Of a stretch of DNA of 64,000 bases, positions 1 through 8,725 are shown piece after piece; the first letter of the stretch is position 1, and each line of letters starts with the position of its first letter. This DNA comes from an uncultured Verrucomicrobiae bacterium. GTDB taxonomy: Bacteria > Verrucomicrobiota > Verrucomicrobiia > Chthoniobacterales > Terrimicrobiaceae. The position numbers were made by a program, and so were the translations under genes. The DNA is taken from NCBI GenBank assembly GCA_963706955.1, contig CAVPOC010000001.1:32001-96000 (forward strand), written 5' to 3'. The notes below the pieces were generated by a model. That model saw only the letters and a list, made by a program, of their open reading frames with translations, made no database searches and was not told the origin of the DNA.

Positions 1-623
1 TCAAAAAGATTCACCAGGTGCGGCAATCGGTCTCGCCACTCCGGACTGGCCGCCAGGCGTGGGTCGAACGTTCCAGGCCATGGATCACCGGATTCTTTCC
101 GCCGTCGAAACTCTGGCAGGAATTTTATGTAGTAGCTGAGCTGCGGGGTCATCACGACGAGATAGAGCCTTCCTTCGCCCGATTCGAGCCAGCGAAACGC
201 TGTCGCGAGCGCTGATCGGACTGCCTCTCCATCGAAGAAGTGGAAAACTTGCGCGGCCAGAATCGCACTCAAGCTGCCGTTCGTGAAATGCAGTTGTTCG
301 GGAAATCGCGCGGCGATTGTGATGAGGCGCTTTTGCATGTCAGGTGGCACCGGCCGTCGCAATCGGGCAAGCTCCTCCTCGGCCAAGTCGCACGCGATTA
401 CCGTGCCACCTGCTTCCAAAGCAGGGTAGGATGCGTTGCCGTAGGCAGCGCCGACCTCCAATACCGGACAACGCGAGCGGCCGGCATGAGCAGCGAACTT
501 GAGCGCCACCGGTGCGGGTTCTTTGGTCATGATTCCCATCGCGTTGCTGGTAAGAATCAGCCCCGGCTCGATCTCCGCCGGCCACTCATGAGGGATTTGC
601 ATACGGTGCTTCGATTCAATCAT
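1..623 (-). CDS. Class I SAM-dependent methyltransferase, 3' end runs off the window start
   Basis: Not in the ORF track. Manual minus-strand translation from ATG 623 gives MIESKHRMQIP...VLEVGAAYGNASYPALEAGGTVIACDL...SAILAAQVFHFFDG, with SAM-binding motif I and post-II, and stays open to base 1. Confidence 0.8.
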   Translation of the reverse strand, partial: MIESKHRMQIPHEWPAEIEPGLILTSNAMGIMTKEPAPVALKFAAHAGRSRCPVLEVGAAYGNASYPALEAGGTVIACDLAEEELARLRRPVPPDMQKRLITIAARFPEQLHFTNGSLSAILAAQVFHFFDGEAVRSALATAFRWLESGEGRLYLVVMTPQLSYYIKFLPEFRRRKESGDPWPGTFDPRLAASPEWRDRLPHLVNLF

Positions 624-704
624 AATGCCTTGCGGCAGACCTGAGTGGCCCGGACTCCAGATCGCTCTCGAAAGGCGATCTCTCTGGATGGGATACCGTC
701 AATG

Positions 705-1544
705 TCAAGATGAGACGGGACTTGCTTGATCTGGCTCGGCTTTGGGCTTTTCAGTGGAACTCAACGAGTGCGCCTTCCTCAGGGGATGACCGAACCAGGG
801 TTGAACTTGCTCCGCGGGGGGATACATCCGATCCAGTGTCCTCACCACATCGGACATGTTCCCGCTTGCATGCACCCATCCTTGATTAATGTCTGGAAAA
901 TCGATCTCACAATTCGCGCACTTCTTCTCGCACGAGAAGCGGATCGGGCACCAAAAAGACTCCACGTTGCGCAGCATTTCTGTGCCGAGTGACCAGACGC
1001 CTGTCATCCAATCACAATAGAGGCACCAGATGAGATCATGTCCCACCAGGCCGCTGAATTTTTGACGCGAAACGCTAATCCAATCTCCTGCGGGGTAGGC
1101 CGGAAAATTGACCAGCTTAACCAATGGTGGGTAGAGGATTATTTGGCACATTCGAACGAACCAAAAGATGGGTATGGCAAACCCGGTTATATAGATAGCA
1201 GTGAGATTGCGAACCGCCCCAAATTTCCTGTTGAGCACTTTGATGATTCGAGGCCCTTTCGCAGCATCCCGATGAACTGCCTCGTGAATCCTTTGCCAGA
1301 TCAATAGTGTCGCCAACTGCGCAAAAGCCCCGCTGACTAGGCCAGCCCAACCGGAAACCAGCGGACCTACGACTAGTGGGAGGATCGTGAAGTAGCAGAC
1401 TATCCCATCGAGAAGCGGCGCCCGGCAGCAGGCATCCAAAAGGCTTTCTCTCGCCTTTCCCGAATAGGGAAGAAGATGGAGGAGGCTCGCTGCAACGAGC
1501 AACCCGAGAGTGATCCAGCAAAACAATGGCCAATCGATAAGCAT
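705..1544 (-). CDS. Conserved hypothetical membrane protein with Cys-rich C-terminal domain
   Basis: 279-aa ORF with about 4 hydrophobic segments followed by WCLYCDW, FWCPIRF and CEKKCANC motifs. Confidence 0.75.
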   Translation of the reverse strand: MLIDWPLFCWITLGLLVAASLLHLLPYSGKARESLLDACCRAPLLDGIVCYFTILPLVVGPLVSGWAGLVSGAFAQLATLLIWQRIHEAVHRDAAKGPRIIKVLNRKFGAVRNLTAIYITGFAIPIFWFVRMCQIILYPPLVKLVNFPAYPAGDWISVSRQKFSGLVGHDLIWCLYCDWMTGVWSLGTEMLRNVESFWCPIRFSCEKKCANCEIDFPDINQGWVHASGNMSDVVRTLDRMYPPAEQVQPWFGHPLRKAHSLSSTEKPKAEPDQASPVSS

Positions 1545-1705
1545 GGTATGATTAGACCCCTCCGGACAATAAAAGCGATGCCAATAATTTGGTTAAGAGC
1601 GTCCCGACGCCCTTACTGCCGGATATTTCGAACTTCCGTGCGAACTTTTCCGCTCGCCGCTTCCAGGCAGGAGGGATAGACTGCCTAAAGTTTGAAACCA
1701 AAGGT

Positions 1706-2836
1706 ATGATTTCTCGATCGATCACGCAGAATGTTCATCGCTATCCTTCCGCTCAGGAAGGCAATCCCAAAAACCCGGCGGCGTATCGAGTCACTCGTGG
1801 AATGGCTCAGGTGGTCAATGGGTTGCAAATGGCGCTCGCCGAATCCTATATCAATGGTCTCGAACTTCCGGATCCGGCCCTGCGAGCGATCTTCAGGACC
1901 TATATGCCAATCCTTTTCAGGCATTTTCCGTCGCTCCTCGTTCCCTATGAATGGGTCCTGCGCGAGACCGACCATCTTGCAGAGGGATCCAAGGACTTGA
2001 TGAGGATTCAATATGATCGCCCGCAAGCGATGTTAAATCGAATGTTGGGTGACTGGAAGCTTATATACCCGAAATACAGCATGGGATTATGGCAGAAGGG
2101 CGCCGTCAATCTTGAGCAATCTCAAATGCATATGATTGATGACATGATCGAAAAGCTAAACATTCGGGATGGTGATAATATTCTGGACTTTGGGTGTGGC
2201 TGGGGTTGCGTTCCGAATTACGTCCTGTCTAAGTTTCCGAACGTCAGATTTACTGGACTAAATCTAAGCCATGAACAGTGCGAATACATGCGTGGCAAGA
2301 TGCAGGACCCTGAAAGCTATCTTAGTTCCGAGAGGTTCACTTTGGTTGAGGGCGACCTCAATGATGTCCAATTTGACGAAAAGTTCGACAAGATCCTTTC
2401 GGTGGGTGTCTTTTGCCATGTGGGAAACTTGACAAACTCCTTCAAGAAATTGGCCGCCTGCCTTAAGCCGGATGGCACGTTCTTTCTTCACATCATCACC
2501 GTTCGTCTGCCGAATAACGTTTCCAGTGTTTTCACCCACAAGTATATTTTTCCGCATGGTCGTTTTTGGAGCTTTGACGAGGTGCCAAGGCATGACAGGG
2601 ATCTCAAGACGGTCAAGCGATGGTATCTTAACGGCATAAATTACTCGACCACGTTCGAGAATTGGCTGAAGAACTTTGACGAAAGTTATGAATTTGTCAA
2701 AGACCTGGACTATGGAATCGACTTTGCTAAGTTTCGCCGAATCTGGCGATTCTATTTGATATGGTTTTGTTGCAACTTCATTTGCTGTGACGGCGAGGTC
2801 AATGGAAATGGTCAGTTTCTAATGACTCATGTTTGA
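1706..2836 (+). CDS. SAM-dependent methyltransferase, cyclopropane-fatty-acyl synthase / coclaurine N-methyltransferase-like family
   Basis: PKYSMGLW, ILDFGCGWG, LNLSHEQ, FDKILSVGVFCHVG, KYIFPHG and RRIWRFYL motifs. Start placed at ATG 1706 (AAGG upstream) inside ORF 1589..2836. Confidence 0.85.
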   Translation: MISRSITQNVHRYPSAQEGNPKNPAAYRVTRGMAQVVNGLQMALAESYINGLELPDPALRAIFRTYMPILFRHFPSLLVPYEWVLRETDHLAEGSKDLMRIQYDRPQAMLNRMLGDWKLIYPKYSMGLWQKGAVNLEQSQMHMIDDMIEKLNIRDGDNILDFGCGWGCVPNYVLSKFPNVRFTGLNLSHEQCEYMRGKMQDPESYLSSERFTLVEGDLNDVQFDEKFDKILSVGVFCHVGNLTNSFKKLAACLKPDGTFFLHIITVRLPNNVSSVFTHKYIFPHGRFWSFDEVPRHDRDLKTVKRWYLNGINYSTTFENWLKNFDESYEFVKDLDYGIDFAKFRRIWRFYLIWFCCNFICCDGEVNGNGQFLMTHV

Positions 2837-3237
2837 GTGAAAATCGCTGATGCCCACTCCGCCCGCGGAGCGAGGCTATTTTGCACTGTGCATTTTGGAA
2901 CTCCCAAAAACTCGGAATTGTTGCCTTCTGATGAGACGTCTCTAACTTCGCGGAAAGTTCGACGATGCCGAGGTAGCGGGTTGAATTTTTCGTCGTCCCA
3001 TATGGGATCGCCGGCTGCCTGTGGCAGCTGCGGCGCCTGAGCTTTGGTCGGCAGGTCGCGGCGCCTCGCCTAAGCCAATTTTGGAACTTCCGCGCGATAG
3101 CTAGCGAGCGACAGCGACAACAACCGGTTCCTCGCGATTATCAAAGAGCCGCAGAAGTAAGTTCCTCGGTAGCTGCGCGATGTCGAGAAAGGCGGGCGGG
3201 ATCCGAGTTTTCGTTACGGGCTAGGCACTTGAAGAGG

Positions 3238-4257
3238 CTATGCAGACGGAGGTGACGCATCTTCGCGCCGGGTCGTCCAACTCAGCCAGATCGTTGACCA
3301 GCCGCCGGCTGTCAGAGCAAGTCCCACCCAGAGCCCGACGGAGTCATCACTGCTCTCCGGCCAGTGCGCGACAATCAGCGCGGCACAGGCGAGCATTCCT
3401 AGCCCGGCGGCGAGGGGTCCAACTCCGCGGATGAGCGGTCGGCTTCCCGCGCCCACGATGATCGAGTGTATGCCTTGAATTGTGATGAGAATCGCCAGCA
3501 ACGTCCCGCTCGCCACCACGGCAAAGTGAAGATTCATGAGAATCAAAATGCCCCCAGCAAACAGACCCAAGGCAAGAAGCAGGAAGTGAAGAAAATTCCG
3601 CCAATCCTTCGCATGCAGCCCGTAAGCAATGTGCGACGCACCTGACACTAGGAACACGATTCCAACCAGGACCGTGAATAGATCCCCGGCGACGATCGGC
3701 CCGACGATGGATGCTCCTCCAAGGAGGATGGCCAAGAGTCCCATCCAAATCGAGGCGGGCTCCGTCGGTGAGACAGGCTTGGAGTAGTGCGGAGCGGCCG
3801 AACGCGCAATGTGCCCTGGCTGGACGCCTCGTTGGGTTTCGAGACGTTCCGCTGATCGGCGGAGGCGATCCGCCCAGTCCTGGCATTGATTGGCGAAAAG
3901 CGAATAATAGTAGCCATCCTTTTGTTCGGCCAAGGCCTCGCGCATGACCGCGGGGTCATATTCCGGTCCGACGAGCCAATATCCATTCCTTTTTAGATCT
4001 TCAAGGGAATGGATCGGCTTTCCAAACTGGGTCTCTGTAAATCGCTGCCCTTTCTCGCTGTAGCCGACATCTTCGAGGACCTGATTGCCTTTGATAAAGA
4101 AGAGCTGCTCGTGCCGCAGTTCCAAATTCAGGCGGTCGCCGAGGCGGTTGTTCACCAACGGAGCCAGCCACGACATCCCATCGAGATTGCGTTTTCCGAA
4201 CCGACAATACTCCCGCTCGCCCGTTGCTTCGGCGGCGGGAGAGCCGGCATTTGTCAT
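3238..4257 (-). CDS. Fusion: soluble N-terminal domain (putative permuted papain-like thiol hydrolase) + HdeD/DUF308-type membrane domain
   Basis: The N-terminal half has LRHEQLFF and YSLFANQCQDW. The C-terminal ~170 aa has about 6 Gly-rich TM helices typical of DUF308. Confidence 0.7.
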   Translation of the reverse strand: MTNAGSPAAEATGEREYCRFGKRNLDGMSWLAPLVNNRLGDRLNLELRHEQLFFIKGNQVLEDVGYSEKGQRFTETQFGKPIHSLEDLKRNGYWLVGPEYDPAVMREALAEQKDGYYYSLFANQCQDWADRLRRSAERLETQRGVQPGHIARSAAPHYSKPVSPTEPASIWMGLLAILLGGASIVGPIVAGDLFTVLVGIVFLVSGASHIAYGLHAKDWRNFLHFLLLALGLFAGGILILMNLHFAVVASGTLLAILITIQGIHSIIVGAGSRPLIRGVGPLAAGLGMLACAALIVAHWPESSDDSVGLWVGLALTAGGWSTIWLSWTTRREDASPPSA

Positions 4258-4641
4258 CGCCTCAGGACTTTAGCCTGGAACCTCCGTGGGATCAGGTCGT
4301 CGCGAAGCCCTCGTTCTGCCGCGCCGGCCGGTTCCGCGAGGGCGGTGCCTGCTTCCCAGGCACACATTAACGCAAGTGAAGGTTTGAGAGTTTGGCCGTA
4401 GTCGGTCAGGGAATAGTCCAGTTTTAGTGGGACGACCGCGTAGACCTTGCGATGGATGATCCCGTCGCGCTCGAGGTCTCGTAATTGTTGCGTCAACATT
4501 TTCTAGGTGGCCTGCGGCACCACCCGTCGAAGCTCGCTGAAGCGCATGGCGCGATCGCGCAGGGTGAAAGAGAATCAGCGGCTTCCACTTTCTGCCGATC
4601 ACCGCTAGGGTGGCAGCCACCGGACACTCCATAAATTCCAT
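4254..4641 (-). pseudogene. HxlR-family winged-helix regulator, disrupted
   Basis: CPVAATLAVIGRKWKPLILFH and LTQQLRDLERDGIIHRKVYAVVP..DYSLT lie in different frames. There is also an in-frame TAG near 4504 in VPQAT*KML, where Q is expected. Confidence 0.85.
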
Positions 4642-4656
4642 GTTATCTTTTTCGAT

Positions 4657-4674
4657 ACTTAATTCCAATTAAGT
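4657..4674. promoter_or_regulatory. Perfect inverted repeat ACTTAATT-CC-AATTAAGT, candidate HxlR-type operator
   Basis: 8-2-8 palindrome in the AT-rich gap between the divergent HxlR and oxidoreductase remnants. Confidence 0.5.
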
Positions 4675-4717
4675 GCCTACTGGTAATTTAGAACATACTC
4701 CTAGGATTGTCCTCACC

Positions 4718-4987
4718 ATGAAAGTTGGAATTCTTGGATCCGGGACGTTGCTAAGGTGCTGGCGGTGGGTTTTCTCAAGCACGGGCACTCGGTAATTGTC
4801 GGGATCCGCGACCGGTCGCAGCTGGAAAGCTGGGCGTCCGAAAACCCGTCGGCCTGTGTGGGGAGTTTGCGGATGCGCCGGCCTTTGCCGAGGTGGTCGT
4901 TCTTGCGGTGAAGGGGACGGCTGCCTCCAGCGCGCTGCATCTCGCCACCCCGGAAAATACAGTGTCTAAACCGGTCATCGACGACCG
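4718..4987 (+). pseudogene. NAD(P)-binding oxidoreductase (F420-dependent NADP oxidoreductase family) remnant
   Basis: MKVGILGSG, DVAKVLAVGFLKHGHSVIVG and AEVVVLAVKG...KPVID occur across several frames, and the homology stops after KPVID. Confidence 0.8.
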
Positions 4988-5104
4988 AACAAGGGCAACA
5001 AAGCTATCGAGCGAACTGTTCTCTCAAGCTACCAGCTCGCGCAGAGCATGGGGTTTGACGGTGACTTCCGGGCATGGGAGCACTTGCTGCGCATTCATGA
5101 ATAA
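4988..5104 (+). pseudogene. 3' remnant of an unknown small protein (copy 1)
   Basis: Reads NKGNKAIERTVLSSYQLAQSMGFDGDFRAWEHLLRIHE-TAA. Paralogous to 5434..5575 with synonymous codon differences. Confidence 0.6.
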
Positions 5105-5187
5105 TAACGGCGCGCAGAATATGCAACACAGAGTCAAGTCAGAGTGACTGACCATTTTTCTGCAGGGCACTGACTGCAGTGGCCCCG

Positions 5188-5387
5188 TCACAGTCGACTC
5201 ATTGCACCACTCTTCATGTGCTCTTTTTGCCACGCTCGCCCAGCCTCCCAGTCCGCATGCTGGCCTGGCCCACTGTGACTGAAGGTCGGCTGCGTTGTTT
5301 CGGACGTGGGTGTAGATGTCGGTGTAGTGCAGCTCAGCATCGTCAACGCCACTGCCACTTCTACAAGGATGTTGTGCGGATTTTCAT
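5188..5387 (-). CDS. Small putative lipoprotein (~65 aa) with a frameshift near its 5' end
   Basis: GGAGGAG RBS and ATG AAA ATC CGC, then in a shifted frame ILVEVAVALTMLS-CTTPTSTPTSETTQPTFSHSGPGQHADWEAGRAWQKEHMKSGAMSRL-TGA. Lipobox-like MLSC followed by a Thr/Pro linker. Confidence 0.5.
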
Positions 5388-5433
5388 CGTCTCCTCCCGG
5401 ATTTAGTTTGCGCAGAAAGCGCGGCGGACGTCA

Positions 5434-5575
5434 AGCATTACCGCTTTGTATCAAGCTTCGAGGAGAGAGAATAAGGCAATCAAGCACAATGTGTCTCATC
5501 CAGCTTCCAAATCGCAGAGCATGGAATTCAAGGGCGACTTCCACGCCTGGGAGCACTTGCTCGATTCATGAGTAA
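5434..5575 (+). pseudogene. Degraded remnant of an unknown small protein (copy 2)
   Basis: With 2-3 indels reads SITALYQASRRENKAIKHNV..SSFQIA.QSMEFKGDFHAWEHLL.IHE-TAA. Confidence 0.55.
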
Positions 5576-5891
5576 CCTGCCTACGCTGCGCAGAATTGCG
5601 GCATAGTTCAGTTCTTCGAGGGAAGCCGTGCCGCCGTTATTCGCTGGCTTCCGGCTTAAGCTGTTCGTCGAAGGCTTTAGTAGCTGACCATTTGCCGACC
5701 TACTTTTGCGAAGCAATTTGGCTACTTTTCTTCGAAAGAACATGGCAGGAAATGTCTGTGAACATCCGCGGATTTTGCAGGACTTGTTATGACTAGACGT
5801 TATGACTGTCGTCCGCTTCGAAAGTTACAAATGCTTAAGTCGCTTATGATAAGCATCCTATACGCAATCATTGCATCATCATAACTTCACG

Positions 5892-7271
5892 ATGCCAAAG
5901 CAGGCTGAAGTTGCAGAGATCCTTTCGGGAATTTTTCCCGGAGACACAATCCTCACAACTCCTGAGGACCTGATCCCCTATTCCTTTGATGGCACGGCCG
6001 TGCTGCAGCAAATGCCGGCAGCGGTTGTCTTCGCGAAAAAGGTAGAGGAAGTCTCGCGTCTACTCGAGGCCGCCAATCGGCACGGGCTCATAATCGTGCC
6101 AAGAGGGTCCGGGACAGGACTCAGTGGAGGGAGTATCCCACTCGAGGAGAGCGTTGTCCTTTGCCTTTCGCGCATGGACAGCATCCTGGAGGTAGACCCG
6201 AGAAATCTGACGCTTCTCGCCGAGGCCGGCGCGACAACTCTGGACGTCGCGCTGGCGGCAGAGAGAGCCGGTTTGTTCTATCCGCCGGACCCTGGTTCCA
6301 TGAAGATTTCCACCATCGGTGGGAACGTTGCGGAAAACTCAGGCGGGCTGCGCGGGCTGAAGTATGGAGTGACCCGAGATTATGTGATGGGACTTGAGGT
6401 TGTCCTGCCTTCCGGAGAGGTGATTTTTACGGGCAACAAGTGCGTGAAGGATGTCGCCGGCTATTCGCTTCGCGATTTGTTTATTGGATCGGAAGGGACC
6501 CTGGGCGTAGTCACGAAAGTTTTGCTGAGCCTGATTCCGAAACCGGCTGCAGGCAAAACCCTGCTGGCGATATTTGATCGGATGGAGGATGCCGCCAATA
6601 CCGTCTCGGCGATTATTGCGGCAAAAATAATTCCTTGCACGCTGGAGTTTCTTGATCGTGTGACCATCAACTGCGTTGAGGACTACGCGGCCATCGGTTT
6701 GCCCCGAGAAGCTGCCGCCATCCTGCTGATGGAGACCGATGGTCATCCTGCTGCCGTCGAGGAGGAGGCGAGCCGGATGGCGGAGATAGCGCGCAACTTG
6801 CATGCCCGCGATGTGCGGGTGGCGCAAACTGCGGAGGAGGCGGCGCGGTTGGCCACCGCGCGTCGAGCAGCGTTCTCGTCGCTTGCACGCATCGCTCCAA
6901 CGACAATCCTCGAAGACGCCACGGTCCCGCGCAGCGAACTCGCTCAAATGGTCGAACACATCCAGCAGATCGCGGAGAAGTATCGTCTGAAGGTTGGGAC
7001 CTTTGGACACATGGGCGACGGCAACTTGCACCCCACTTTTTTGACGAATGAAAAGGATGCCGAAGAAATGCATCGCGTGGAGTTGGCGATGAAGGAGATC
7101 TTCGATCGCGCACTGGCGCTCGGGGGAACAATTACCGGGGAGCACGGTGTCGGTCTCGCCAAAAAACCATTTTTGAAAGGTGCCGTGGGCGAGTTGAACC
7201 TCGAGGTAATGAAACAGATCAAACGAGCCTTCGATCCCAACGGCGTCTTGAATCCGGGAAAGATTTTTTGA
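5892..7271 (+). CDS. glcD: Glycolate oxidase subunit GlcD (FAD-linked oxidase)
   Basis: PRGSGTGLSGG, YPPDPGS, STIGGNVAENSGG, KYGVTRDYV, GHMGDGNLHP, TITGEHGVG and LNPGKIF. Start placed at ATG 5892. Confidence 0.9.
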   Translation: MPKQAEVAEILSGIFPGDTILTTPEDLIPYSFDGTAVLQQMPAAVVFAKKVEEVSRLLEAANRHGLIIVPRGSGTGLSGGSIPLEESVVLCLSRMDSILEVDPRNLTLLAEAGATTLDVALAAERAGLFYPPDPGSMKISTIGGNVAENSGGLRGLKYGVTRDYVMGLEVVLPSGEVIFTGNKCVKDVAGYSLRDLFIGSEGTLGVVTKVLLSLIPKPAAGKTLLAIFDRMEDAANTVSAIIAAKIIPCTLEFLDRVTINCVEDYAAIGLPREAAAILLMETDGHPAAVEEEASRMAEIARNLHARDVRVAQTAEEAARLATARRAAFSSLARIAPTTILEDATVPRSELAQMVEHIQQIAEKYRLKVGTFGHMGDGNLHPTFLTNEKDAEEMHRVELAMKEIFDRALALGGTITGEHGVGLAKKPFLKGAVGELNLEVMKQIKRAFDPNGVLNPGKIF

Positions 7272-7385
7272 TGAAGGCCAATACTAAGCAACTGCTCGCT
7301 AGAAACGTTCTCTGGGGAATTCCTGGCCAAGGAAAGCATTCGTCCGTCGGGAGCAGAGCGCGGGCGCACGGCAAGGAGGCTTCGA

Positions 7386-8720
7386 GTGTCCGTTAAGGAT
7401 CGAACCCAGGGCGAGAAAGGGCATAGTCCGCTGCGCGAGCTCGACTATGCGCTCCTGCAACAGTGCATCCATTGCGGAATGTGTCTGCCGACCTGTCCCA
7501 CATATGATGCCACCAAGATCGAGCGGAACAGCCCGCGCGGTCGAATCGCGCTGATGCGCGCGATCGCAGACCACCGGCTTGAACCGAGCAGAATCTTCGG
7601 GGAAGAGATGTATTTTTGTCTTGGCTGCCTGGCTTGCGAGACCGCCTGTCCGGCGGGGGTGAAATATGCCCAGCTTTTTGAGGCGGCACGCGAAGAGGCC
7701 GAGGAAGCTCGGGTGCTGGAGAATCCGAGACGTGACACAATTCGTTCGCTCATGCTGCGAGGCCTCTTTATGCACCCGCGATTGCTTAGATTTGCCGGCC
7801 GGCTCCTTTGGCTTTATCAGGCACTCGGCGCGCAGAAATTGCTTCGGGTTCTCGGACTGAACAGAATCCTTCCCTATCGCTTACGAGAACTGGAAAGGAT
7901 GACGCCGAGGGCCAAGGCAAGATTCTCGGGGCAGCTGATCAAGCCTATCGAGCGGCCGAAAGGGCCGATCGTTTATCGTGTGGCGGTGCTCACGGGTTGT
8001 GTCCAGGACATCGCTTTTTCGGACATCAACCGGGATACGGTTGATGTTCTCCTTGCCAATGGATGTGAGGTTTACACCCCGGGCGTTCAGCACTGTTGCG
8101 GTTCGTTGCACGCACACAATGGCGATATCGAGGCGGCGAAGAAACTTGCCCGCCGGCAACTCGACACGTTCGAACCGGAAAAGCTTGACGCCATCATCAC
8201 GAACGCGGCCGGTTGCGGCTCGCATCTCAAGAGTTATGGACTGCTTTTGGCCGGCGATCCGAAGTATTCGTCAAGGGCACGCGAATGGTCAGCGAAAGTT
8301 CGCGATATTCACGAGTGGCTTTGCGCGGTCGGGTTTCGAAAGCCGCGCGTCGGAAAATCGCCGATCGTGCCAAAGTCCGTCACTTACCACGAGGCTTGTC
8401 ATCTGTGCCACGGTCAAAAAATAACTCGACAGCCGCGGGAAATCCTCACTGCGATCCCTGGTCTCCAATTGATCGAACTTCCTGAGTCGATGTGGTGTTG
8501 TGGCAGCGCGGGCGTTTACAATATCACGCAACCAGAGATGGCCGCAAAACTTCAGGAACGCAAAGTGCGTCACATCGCCGAGACTGGCGCCTCGACGGTG
8601 GCCACAGCCAATCCGGGTTGCTTGTTGCAGCTCGAGAGCGGATTGCGCAAGTTCTCTCACAAGGTGGCGGTGCGGCATCCGATCAGTCTCCTCGCGGAGG
8701 CGTATCGATCGGAAGTTTAG
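7386..8720 (+). CDS. glcF: Glycolate oxidase Fe-S subunit GlcF
   Basis: Two CxxCxxCxxxCP motifs, SPRGRI, and two CCG domains. Confidence 0.9.
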   Translation: MSVKDRTQGEKGHSPLRELDYALLQQCIHCGMCLPTCPTYDATKIERNSPRGRIALMRAIADHRLEPSRIFGEEMYFCLGCLACETACPAGVKYAQLFEAAREEAEEARVLENPRRDTIRSLMLRGLFMHPRLLRFAGRLLWLYQALGAQKLLRVLGLNRILPYRLRELERMTPRAKARFSGQLIKPIERPKGPIVYRVAVLTGCVQDIAFSDINRDTVDVLLANGCEVYTPGVQHCCGSLHAHNGDIEAAKKLARRQLDTFEPEKLDAIITNAAGCGSHLKSYGLLLAGDPKYSSRAREWSAKVRDIHEWLCAVGFRKPRVGKSPIVPKSVTYHEACHLCHGQKITRQPREILTAIPGLQLIELPESMWCCGSAGVYNITQPEMAAKLQERKVRHIAETGASTVATANPGCLLQLESGLRKFSHKVAVRHPISLLAEAYRSEV

Positions 8721-8725
8721 CCGAC

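Noticed and set aside
240..644. 134-aa + strand ORF
   Set aside because: Antisense shadow of the minus-strand methyltransferase.
2837..3237. 400-bp gap with TTTTGGAACT occurring twice
   Set aside because: The repeat is too short, and there is no convincing ORF or RNA structure.
5024..5575. Repeat pair read as a riboswitch/ncRNA or as minus-strand peptides (MNAQQVLPCPEV...)
   Set aside because: No riboswitch consensus I know fits (the ZTP motif lacks its ACUGGCG part). Differences are non-synonymous in the minus-strand frame but largely synonymous in one + frame, so a + strand coding origin is the better explanation.
5040..5600. Possible CRISPR array
   Set aside because: Only two imperfect copies about 470 bp apart, and no cas genes.
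8492..8725. 78-aa N-terminal extension of cls in the ORF track
   Set aside because: It overlaps glcF. The true start is ATG 8726.
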